From contig OZ024740.1 in NCBI GenBank assembly GCA_964016885.1, forward strand, positions 57,846,001 through 57,910,000: a stretch of DNA of 64,000 nucleotides, read 5' to 3'. Below the pieces are notes generated by a model. That model had not been told where the DNA came from, made no database searches, and saw nothing but the letters and a program-made list of their open reading frames with translations. This document shows, in pieces, positions 49,101 through 61,100 of the stretch; positions within the stretch are counted from its first letter, which is position 1, and every line of letters starts with the position of its first letter. The DNA comes from Eledone cirrhosa. Its lineage: Eukaryota. The translations under genes and the position numbers were made by a program.

Positions 49101-52100
49101 AAACCAGAGATCTAACATGAATGAGGGGAGGGAGAGAGAAGAAGGTATTCTCAAACCAGAGATCTAACCTGAATGAGGGGAGGGAGAGAGAGAAGAAGGT
49201 ATTCTCAAACCAGAGATCTAACCTGAATGAGGGGAGGGAGAGAGAAGAAGGTATTCTCAAACCAGAGATCTAACCTGAATGAGGGGAGGGAGAGAGAGAA
49301 GGTATTCTCAAACCAGAGATCTAACCTGAATGAGGGGAGGGAGAGAGAGATGGTATTCTCAAACCAGAGATCTAACCTGAATGAGGAGAGGGAGAGAGAA
49401 GAAGGTATTCTCAAACCAGAGATCTAACCTGAATGAGGGGAGGGAGAGAGAGAAGAAGGTATTCTCAAACCAGGGATCTAACCTGAATGAGGGGAGGGAG
49501 AGAGAAGAAGGTATTCTCAAACCAGAGATCTAACCTGAATGAGGAGAGGGAGAGAGAAGAAAGTATTCTCAAACCAGAGATCTAACCTGAATGAGGAGAG
49601 GGAGAGAGAAGAAGGTATTCTCAAACCAGAGATCTAACCTGAATGAGGAGAGGGAGAGAGACGAAGGTATTCTCAAACCAGATATCTAACCTGAATGAGG
49701 GGAGTGAAAGAGAAGAAGGTATTCTCAAACCAGAGATCTAACCTGAATGAGGAGAGGGAGAGAGAAGAAGGTATTCTCAAACCAGAGATCTAACCTGAAT
49801 GAGGGGAGGGAGAGAGAAGAAGGTATTCTCAAACCAGAGATCTAACCTGAATGATGGGAGGGAGAGAGAGAAGGTATTCTCAAACCAGACATCTAACCTG
49901 AATGAGGGGAGGGAGAGAGAAGAAGGTATTCTCAAACCAGAGATCTCACCTGAATGAGGGGAGGGAGGGAGAGAAGAAGGTATTCTCAAACCAGAGATCT
50001 AACCTGAATGAGGGGAGGGAGAGAGAAGAAGGTATTCTCAAACCAGAGATCTAAACTGAATGAGGGGAGCGAGAGAGAAGAAGGTATTCTCAAACCAGAG
50101 ATCTAACCTGAATGAGGAGAGGGAGAGAGAAGAAAGTATTCTCAAACCGGAGATCTAAACTGAATGGGGGGAGCGAGAGAGAAGAAGGTATTCTCAAACC
50201 AGAGATCTAACCTGAATGAGGGGAGGGAGAGAGAAGAAGGTATTCTCAAACCAGAGATCTAACCTGAATGAGGGGAGGGAGAGAGAAGAAGGTATTCTCA
50301 AACCAGAGATCTAACCTGAATGAGGGGAGGGAGAGAGAAGAAGGTATTCTCAAACCAGAGATCTAACCTGAATGAGGGGAGGGAGAGAGAAGAAGGTATT
50401 CTCAAACCAGAGATCTAACCTGAATGAGGGGAGGGAGAGAGAAGAAGGTATTCTCAAACCAGAGATCTAACCTGAATGAGGGGAGGGAGAGAGAAGAAGG
50501 TATTCTCAAACCAGAGATCTAACCTGAATGAGGGGAGGGAGAGAGAGAAGAAGGTATTCTCAAACCAGAGATCTAACATGAATGAGGAGAGGGAGAGAGA
50601 AGAAGGTATTCTCAAACCAGAGATCTAACCTGAATGAGGGGAGGGAGAGAGAGAAGAAGGTATTCTCAAACCAGAGATCTAACCTGAATGAGGGGAGGGA
50701 GAGAGAAGAAGGTATTCTCAAACCAGAGATCTAACCTGAATGAGGGGAGGGAGAGAGAGAAGGTATTCTCAAACCAGAGATCTAACCTGAATGAGGGGAG
50801 GGAGAGAGAGATGGTATTCTCAAACCAGAGATCTAACCTGAATGAGGAGAGGGAGAGAGAAGAAGGTATTCTCAAACCAGAGATCTAACCTGAATGAGGG
50901 GAGGGAGAGAGAGAAGAAGGTATTCTCAAACCAGGGATCTAACCTGAATGAGGGGAGGGAGAGAGAAGAAGGTATTCTCAAACCAGAGATCTAACCTGAA
51001 TGAGGGGAGGGAGAGAGAAGAAGGTATTCTCAAACCAGAGATCTAACCTGAATGAGGGGAGGGAGACAGAAGAAGGTATTCTCAAACCAGAGATCTAACC
51101 TGAATGAGGAGAGGGAGAGAGAGAAGAAGGTATTCTCAAACCAGAGATCTAACCTGAATGAGGGGAGGGAGAGAGAGAGAAGAAGGTATTCTCAAACCAG
51201 AGATCTAAACTGAATGAGGGGAGCGAGAGAGAAGAAGGTATTCTCAAACCAGAGATCTAACCTGAATGAGGGGAGGGAGAGAGAAGAAAGTATTCTCAAA
51301 CCAGAGATCTAACCTGAATGAGGGGAGGGAGAGGGAGGAAGGTTTTCTGAAACCAGAGATCTAACCTGAATGAGAGGAGGGAGAGAGAGAGAGAGAGAAG
51401 AAGGTATTCTCAAACCAGAGATCTGACCTGAATGAGGGGAGGGAGAGAGAGAAGAAGGTATTCTCAAACCAGAGATCTAACCTGAATGAGGGGAGGGAGA
51501 GAGAAGAAGGTATTCTCAAACCAGAGATCTAACCTGAATGAGGGGAGGGAGAGAGAAAAAGGTATTCTCAAACCAGATATCAAACCTGAATGAGAGTAGG
51601 GAAAGAGAAGAAGGTATTCTCAAACCAGAGATCTAACCTGAATGAGGTGAGGGAGAGAGAGAGAAGAAGGTATTCTCAAACCAGAGATCTAACCTGAATG
51701 AGGGGAGGGAGAGAGAAGAAGGTATTCTCAAACCAGAGATCTAACCTGAATGATGACAGGGAGAGAGAAGAAGGTATTCTCAAACCAGAGATGTAACGTG
51801 AATGAGAGGAGGGAGAGAGAAGAAGGTATTCTCAAACCAGATATCTAACCTGAATGAGGGGAGGGAGAGAGAAGAAGGTATTCTCAAACCAGAGATCTAA
51901 CCTGAATGAGGGGAGGGAGAGAGAAAAAGGTATTCTCAAACCAGATATCAAACCTGAATGAGGGGAGGGAAAGAGAAGAAGGTATTCTCAAACCAGAGAT
52001 CTAACCTGAATGAGGGGAGGGAGAGAGAAGAAGGTATTCTCAAACCAGAGATCTAACCTGAATGAGGGGAGGGAGAGAGAAGAAGGTATTCTCAAACCAG

Positions 52101-55100
52101 AGATCTAACCTGAAAGAGGGGAGGGAGAGAGAAGAAGGTATTCTCAAACCAGAGATCTAACCTGAATGAGGGGAGGGAGAGAGAGAAGAAGGTATTCTCA
52201 AACCAGAGATCTAACATGAATGAGGGGAGGGAGAGAGAAGAAGGTATTCTCAAACCAGAAATCTAACCTGAATGAGGGGAGGGAGAGAGAGAAGAAGGTA
52301 TTCTCAAACCAGAGATCTAACCTGAATGAGGGGAGGGAGAGAGAAGAAGGTATTCTCAAACCAGAGATCTAACCTGAATGAGGGGAGGGAGAGAGAGAAG
52401 GTATTCTCAAACCAGAGATCTAACCTGAATGAGGGGAGGGAGAGAGAGATGGTATTCTCAAACCAGAGATCTAACCTGAATGAGGAGAGGGAGAGAGAAG
52501 AAGGTATTCTCAAACCAGAGATCTAACCTGAATGAGGGGAGGGAGAGAGAGAAGAAGGTATTCTCAAACCAGGGATCTAACCTGAATGAGGGGAGGGAGA
52601 GAGAAGAAGGTATTCTCAAACCAGAGATCTAACCTGAAAGAGGGGAGGGAGAGAGAAGAAGGTATTCTCAAACCAGAGATCTAACCTGAATGAGGGGAGG
52701 GAGAGAGAAGAAGGTATTCTCAAACCAGAGATCTAACCTGAATGAGGAGAGGGAGAGAGAAGAAGGTATTCTCAAACCAGAGATCTAACCTGAATGAGGG
52801 GAGGGAGAGAGAGAGAAGAAGGTATTCTCAAACCAGAGATCTAAACTGAATGAGGGGAGCGAGAGAGAAGAAGGTATTCTCAAACCAGAGATCTAACCTG
52901 AATGAGGGGAGGGAGAGAAAAGAAAGTATTCTCAAACCAGAGATCTAACCTGAATGAGGGGAGGGAGAGGGAGGAAGGTTTTCTGAAACCAGAGATCTAA
53001 CCTGAATGAGAGGAGGGAGAGAGAGAGAGAGAGAAGAAGGTATTCTCAAACCAGAGATCTGACCTGAATGAGGGGAGGGAGAGAGGGAAGAAGGTATTCT
53101 CAAACCAGAGATCTAAACTGAATGAGGGGAGGGAGAGAGAAGAAGGTATTCTCAAACCAGAGATCTAACCTGAATGAGGGGGGAGAGAGAGAAAAAGGTA
53201 TTCTCAAACCAGATATCAAACCTGAATGAGGGGAGGGAAAGAGAAGAAGGTATTCTCAAACCAGAGATCTAACCTGAATGAGGTGAGGGAGAGAGAGAGA
53301 AGAAGGTATTCTCAAACCAGAGATCTAACCTGAATGAGGGGAGGGAGAGAGAAGAAGGTATTCTCAAACCAGAGATCTAACCTGAATGATGAGAGGGAGA
53401 GAGAAGAAGGTATTCTCAAACCAGAGATGTAACGTGAATGAGAGGAGGGAGAGAGAAGAAGGTATTCTCAAACCAGATATCTAACCTGAATAAGGGGAGG
53501 GAAAGAGAAGAAGGTATTCTCAAACCAGAGATCTAACCTGAATGAGGGGAGGGAGAGAGAAAAAGGTATTCTCAAACCAGATATCAAACCTGAATGAGGG
53601 GAGGGAAAGAGAAGAAGGTATTCTCAAACCAGAGATCTAACCTGAATGAGGGGAGGGAGAGAGAAAAAGGTATTCTCAAACCAGATATCAAACCTGAATG
53701 AGGGGAGGGAGAGAGAAGAAGGTATTCTCAAACCAGAGATCTAACCTGAATGAGGGGAGGGAGAGAGAAAAAGGTATTCTCAAACCAGATATCAAACCTG
53801 AATGAGGGGAGGGAAAGAGAAGAAGGTATTCTCAAACCAGAGATCTAACCTGAATGAGGGGAGGGAGAGAGAGAGAAGAAGGTATTCTCAAACCAGAGAT
53901 CTAACCTGAATGAGGGGAGGGAGAGAGAAGAAGGTATTCTCAAACCAGAGATCTAACCTGAATGATGAGAGGGAGAGAGAAGAAGGTATTCTCAAACCAG
54001 AGATCTAACCTGAATGATGAGAGGGAGAGAGAAGAAGGTATTCTCAAACCAGAGATGTAACGTGAATGAGAGGAGGGAGAGAGAAGAAGGTATTCTCAAA
54101 CCAGAGATCTAACCTGAATGATGAGAGGGAGAGAGAAGAAGGTATTCTCAAACCAGAGATGTAACGTGAATGAGAGGAGGGAGAGAGAAGAAGGTATTCT
54201 CAAACCAGAGATCTAACCTGAATGAGGGGAGGGAGAGAGAAGAAGGTATTCTCAAACCAGACATCTAACCTGAATGAGGGGAGGGAAAGAGAAGAAGGTA
54301 TTCTCAAACCAGAGATCTAAACTGAATGGGGGGAGCGAGAGAGAAGAAGGTATTCTCAAACCAGAGATCTAACCTGAATGAGGGGAGGGAGAGAGAAGAA
54401 AGTATTCTCAAACCAGAGATCTAACCTGAATGAGGGGAGGGAGAGGGAGGAAGGTTTTCTGAAACCAGAGATCTAACCTGAATGAGAGGAGGGAGAGAGA
54501 GAGAGAGAGAAGAAGGTATTCTCAAACCAGAGATCTGACCTGAATGAGGGGAGGGAGAGAGGGAAGAAGGTATTCTCAAACCAGAGATCTAAACTGAATG
54601 AGGGGAGGGAGAGAGAAGAAAGTATTCTCAAACCAGAGATCTAACCTGAATGAGGGGAGAGAGAGAGAAAAAGGTATTCTCAAACCAGATATCAAACCTG
54701 AATGAGGGGAGGGAAAGAGAAGAAGGTATTCTCAAACCAGAGATCTAACCTGAATGAGGTGAGGGAGAGAGAGAGAAGAAGGTATTCTCAAACCAGAGAT
54801 CTAACCTGAATGAGGGGAGGGAGAGAGAAGAAGGTATTCTCAAACCAGAGATCTAACCTGAATGATGAGAGGGAGAGAGAAGAAGGTATTCTCAAACCAG
54901 AGATGTAACGTGAATGAGAGGAGGGAGAGAGAAGAAGGTATTCTCAAACCAGATATCTAACCTGAATGAGGGGAGGGAAAGAGAAGAAGGTATTCTCAAA
55001 CCAGAGATCTAACCTGAATGAGGTGAGGGAGAGAGAGAGAAGAAGGTATTCTCAAACCAGAGATCTAACCTGAATGAGGGGAGGGAGAGAGAAAAAGGTA

Positions 55101-58100
55101 TTCTCAAACCAGATATCAAACCTGAATGAGTGGAGGGAGAGAGAAGAAGGTATTCTCAAACCAGAGATCTAACCTGAATGAGGGGAGGGAGAGAGAAAAA
55201 GGTATTCTCAAACCAGATATCAAACCTGAATGAGGGGAGGGAAAGAGAAGAAGGTATTCTCAAACCAGAGATCTAACCTGAATGAGGGGAGGGAGAGAGA
55301 GAGAAGAAGGTATTCTCAAACCAGAGATCTAACCTGAATGAGGGGAGGGAGAGAGAAGAAGGTATTCTCAAACCAGAGATCTAACCTGAATGATGAGAGG
55401 GAGAGAGAAGAAGGTATTCTCAAACCAGAGATCTAACCTGAATGAGGGGAGGGAGAGAGAGAAGAAGGTATTCTCAAACCAGACATCTAACCTGAATGAG
55501 GGGAGGGAGAGAGAGAGAAGAAGGTATTCTCAAACCAGAGATCTAACCTGAATGATGAGAGGGAGAGAGAAGAAGGTATTCTCAAACCAGAGATGTAACG
55601 TGAATGAGAGGAGGGAGAGAGAAGAAGGTATTCTCAAACCAGAGATCTAACCTGAATGATGAGAGGGAGAGAGTAGAAGGTATTCTCAAACCAGAGATGT
55701 AACGTGAATGAGAGGAGGGAGAGAGAAGAAGGTATTCTCAAACCAGAGATCTAACCTGAATGATGAGAGGGAGAGAGTAGAAGGTATTCTCAAACCAGAG
55801 ATGTAACGTGAATGAGGGGAGGGAGAGAGAAGAAGGTATTCTCAAACCAGACATCTAACCTGAATGAGGGGAGGGAAAGAGAAGAAGGTATTCTCAAACC
55901 AGAGATCTAAACTGAATGGGGGGAGCGAGAGAGAAGAAGGTATTCTCAAACCAGAGATCTAACCTGAATGAGGGGAGGGAGAGAGAAGAAGGTATTCTCA
56001 AACCAGAGATCTAACCTGAATGAGGGGAGGGAGAGAGAAGAAGGTATTCTCAAACCAGAGATCTAACCTGAATGAGGGGAGGGGGAGAGAAGAAGGTATT
56101 CTCAAACCAGAGATCTAACCTGAATGAGGGGAGGGAGAGAGAAGAAGGTATTCTCAAACCAGAGATCTAACCTGAATGAGGGGAGGGAGAGAGAAGAAGG
56201 TATTCTCAAACCAGAGATCTAACCTGAATGAGGGGAGGGGGAGAGAAGAAGGTATTCTCAAACCAGAGATCTAACCTGAATGAGGGGAGGGAGAGAGAAG
56301 AAGGTATTCTCAAACCAGAGATCTAACCTGAATGAGGGGAGGGAGAGAGAGAAGAAGGTATTCTCAAACCAGAGATCTAACATGAATGAGAAGAGGGAGA
56401 GAGAAGAAGGTATTCTCAAACCAGAGATCTAACCTGAATGAGGGGAGGGAGAGAGAGAAGAAGGTATTCTCAAACCAGAGATCTAACCTGAATGAGGGGA
56501 GGGAGAGAGAAGAAGGTATTCTCAAACCAGAGATCTAACCTGAATGAGGGGAGGGAGAGAGAGAAGGTATTCTCAAACCAGAGATCTAACCTGAATGAGG
56601 GGAGGGAGAGAGAGATGGTATTCTCAAACCAGAGATCTAACCTGAATGAGGGGAGGGAGAGAGAAGAAGGTATTCTCAAACCAGAGATCTAACCTGAATG
56701 AGGGGAGGGAGAGAGAAGAAGGTATTCTCAAACCAGAGATCTAACCTGAATGAGGGGAGGGAGAGAAGAAGGTATTCTCAAACCAGAGATCTAACCTGAA
56801 TGAGGAGAGGGAGAGAGAGAAGAAGGTATTCTCAAACCAGAGATCTAACCTGAATGAGGGGAGGGAGAGAGAGAGAAGAAGGTATTCTCAAACCAGAGAT
56901 CTAAACTGAATGAGGGGAGCGAGAGAGAAGAAGGTATTCTCAAACCAGAGATCTAACCTGAATGAGGGGAGGGAGAGAGAAGAAAGTATTCTCAAACCAG
57001 AGATCTAACCTGAATGAGGGGAGGGAGAGGGAGGAAGGTTTTCTGAAACCAGAGATCTAACCTGAATGAGAGGAGGGAGAGAGAGAGAGAGAGAAGAAGG
57101 TATTCTCAAACCAGAGATCTGACCTGAATGAGGGGAGGGAGAGAGAGAAGAAGGTATTCTCAAACCAGAGATCTAACCTGAATGAGGGGAGGGAGAGAGA
57201 AGAAGGTATTCTCAAACCAGAGATCTAACCTGAATGAGGGGAGGGAGAGAGAAAAAGGTATTCTCAAACCAGATATCAAACCTGAATGAGGGGAGGGAAA
57301 GAGAAGAAGGTATTCTCAAACCAGAGATCTAACCTGAATGAGGGGAGGGAGAGAGAAAAAGGTATTCTCAAACCAGAGATCTAACCTGAATGAGGGGAGG
57401 GAGAGAGAAAAAGGTATTCTCAAACCAGAGATCTAACCTGAATGAGGTGAGGGAGAGAGAGAGAAGAAGGTATTCTCAAACCAGAGATCTAACCTGAATG
57501 AGGGGAGGGAGAGAGAAAAAGGTATTCTCAAACCAGATATCAAACCTGAATGAGGGGAGGGAGAGAGAAGAAGGTATTCTCAAACCAGAGATCTAACCTG
57601 AATGAGGGGAGGGAGAGAGAAAAAGGTATTCTCAAACCAGAGATCTAACCTGAATGAGGTGAGGGAGAGAGAAGAAGGTATTCTCAAACCAGAGATGTAA
57701 CGTGAATGAGAGGAGGGAGAGAGAAGAAGGTATTCTCAAACCAGATATCTAACCTGAATGAGGGGAGGGAAAGAGAAGAAGGTATTCTCAAATCAGAGAT
57801 CTAACCTGAATGAGGGGAGGGAGAGAGAAAAAGGTATTCTCAAACCAGATATCAAACCTGAATGAGGGGAGGGAAAGAGAAGAAGGTATTCTCAAACCAG
57901 AGATCTAACCTGAATGAGGGGAGGGAGAGAGAAGAAGGTATTCTCAAACCAGAGATCTAACCTGAATGAGGGGAGGGAGAGAGAAGAAGGTATTCTCAAA
58001 CCAGAGATCTAACCTGAATGAGGGGAGGGAGAGAGAGAAGAAGGTATTCTCAAACCAGGGATCTAACCTGAATGAGGGGAGGGAGAGAGAAGAAGGTATT

Positions 58101-61100
58101 CTCAAACCAGAGATCTAACCTGAATGAGGGGAGGGAGAGAGAAGAAGGTATTCTCAAACCAGAGATCTAACCTGAATGAGGGGAGGGAGAGAGAAGAAGG
58201 TATTCTCAAACCAGAGATCTAACCTGAATGAGGAGAGGGAGAGAGAAGAAGGTATTCTCAAACCAGAGATCTAACCTGAATGAGGGGAGGGAGAGAGAGA
58301 GAAGAAGGTATTCTCAAACCAGAGATCTAAACTGAATGAGGGGAGCGAGAGAGAAGAAGGTATTCTCAAACCAGAGATCTAACCTGAATGAGGGGAGGGA
58401 GAGAGAAGAAAGTATTCTCAAACCAGAGATCTAACCTGAATGAGGGGAGGGAGAGGGAGGAAGGTTTTCTGAAACCAGAGATCTAACCTGAATGAGAGGA
58501 GGGAGAGAGAGAGAGAGAGAAGAAGGTATTCTCAAACCAGAGATCTGACCTGAATGAGGGGAGGGAGAGAGGGAAGAAGGTATTCTCAAACCAGAGATCT
58601 AAACTGAATGAGGGGAGGGAGAGAGAAGAAGGTATTCTCAAACCAGAGATCTAACCTGAATGAGGGGAGGGAGAGAGAAAAAGGTATTCTCAAACGAGAT
58701 ATCAAACCTGAATGAGGGGAGGGAAAGAGAAGAAGGTATTCTCAAACCAGAGATCTAACCTGAATGAGGTGAGGGAGAGAGAGAGAAGAAGGTATTCTCA
58801 AACCAGAGATCTAACCTGAATGAGGGGAGGGAGAGAGAAGAAGGTATTCTCAAACCAGAGATCTAACCTGAATGATGAGAGGGAGAGAGAAGAAGGTATT
58901 CTCAAACCAGATATCTAACCTGAATGAGGGGAGGGAAAGAGAAGAAGGTATTCTCAAACCAGAGATCTAACCTGAATGAGGGGAGGGAGAGAGAAGAAGG
59001 TATTCTCAAACCAGATATCAAACCTGAATGAGGGGAGGGAAAGAGAACAAGGTATTCTCAAACCAGAGATCTAACCTGAATGAGGGGAGGGAGAGAGAAA
59101 AAGGTATTCTCAAACCAGATATCAAACCTGAATGAGGGGAGGGAGAGAGAAGAAGGTATTCTCAAACCAGAGATCTAACCTGAATGAGGGGAGGGAGAGA
59201 GAAAAAGGTATTCTCAAACCAGATATCAAACCTGAATGAGGGGAGGGAAAGAGAAGAAGGTATTCTCAAACCAGAGATCTAACCTGAATGAGGGGAGGGA
59301 GAGAGAGAGAAGAAGGTATTCTCAAACCAGAGATCTAACCTGAATGAGGGGAGGGAGAGAGAAGAAGGTATTCTCAAACCAGAGATCTAACCTGAATGAG
59401 GGGAGGGAGAGAGAGAAGAAGGTATTCTCAAACCAGAGATCTAACCTGAATGATGGGAGGGAGAGAGAAGAAGGTATTCTCAAACCAGAGATCTAACCTG
59501 AATGAGGGGAGGGAGAGAGAGAAGGTATTCTCAAACCAGAGATCTAACCTGAATGAGGGGAGGGAGAGAGAGATGGTATTCTCAAACCAGAGATCTAACC
59601 TGAATGAGGAGAGGGAGAGAGAAGAAGGTATTCTCAAACCAGAGATCTAACCTGAATGAGGGGAGGGAGAGAGAGAAGAAGGTATTCTCAAACCAGGGAT
59701 CTAACCTGAATGAGGGGAGGGAGAGAGAAGAAGGTATTCTCAAACCAGAGATCTAACCTGAATGAGGGGAGGGAGAGAAGAAGGTATTCTCAAACCAGAG
59801 ATCTAACCTGAATGAGGAGAGGGAGAGAGAGAAGAAGGTATTCTCAAACCAGAGATCTCACCTGAATGAGGGGAGGGAGAGAGAGAGAAGAAGGTATTCT
59901 CAAACCAGAGATCTAAACTGAATGAGGGGAGCGAGAGAGAAGAAGGTATTCTCAAACCAGAGATCTAACCTGAATGAGGGGAGGGAGAGAGAAGAAAGTA
60001 TTCTCAAACCAGAGATCTAACCTGAATGAGGGGAGGGAGAGGGAGGAAGGTTTTCTGAAACCAGAGATCTAACCTGAATGAGAGGAGGGAGAGAGAGAGA
60101 GAGAGAAGAAGGTATTCTCAAACCAGAGATCTGACCTGAATGAGGGGAGGGAGAGAGAGAAGAAGGTATTCTCAAACCAGAGATCTAACCTGAATGAGGG
60201 GAGGGAGAGAGAAGGAGGTATTCTCAAACCAGAGATCTAACCTGAATGAGGGGAGGGAGAGAGAAGGAGGTATTCTCAAACCAGAGATCTAACCTGAATG
60301 AGGGGAGGGAGAGAGAAGAAGGTATTCTCAAACCAGAGATCTAACCTGAATGAGGGGAGGGAGAGAGAAAAAGGTATTCTCAAACCAGATATCAAACCTG
60401 AATGAGGGGAGGGAAAGAGAAGAAGGTATTCTCAAACCAGAGATCTAACCTGAATGAGGTGAGGGAGAGAGAGAGAAGAAGGTATTCTCAAACCAGAGAT
60501 CTAACCTGAATGAGGGGAGGGAGAGAGAAGAAGGTATTCTCAAACCAGAGATCTAACCTGAATGATGAGAGGGAGAGAGAAGAAGGTATTCTCAAACCAG
60601 AGATGTAACGTGAATGAGAGGAGGGAGAGAGAAGAAGGTATTCTCAAACCAGATATCTAACCTGAATGAGGGGAGGGAGAGAGAAGAAGGTATTCTCAAA
60701 CCAGAGATCTAACCTGAATGAGGGGAGGGAGAGAGAAGAAGGTATTCTCAAACCAGAGATCTAACCTGAATGAGGGGAGGGAGAGAGAAGAAGGTATTCT
60801 CAAACCAGAGATCTAACCTGAATGAGGGGAGGGAGAGAGAAGAAGGTATTCTCAAACCAGAGATCTAACATGAATGAGGGGAGGGAGAGAGAAGAAGGTA
60901 TTCTCAAACCAGAGATCTAACCTGAATGAGGGGAGGGAGAGAGAGAAGAAGGTATTCTCAAACCAGAGATCTAACCTGAATGAGGGGAGGGAGAGAGAAG
61001 AAGGTATTCTCAAACCAGAGATCTAACCTGAATGAGGGGAGGGAGAGAGAGAAGGTATTCTCAAACCAGAGATCTAACCTGAATGAGGGGAGGGAGAGAG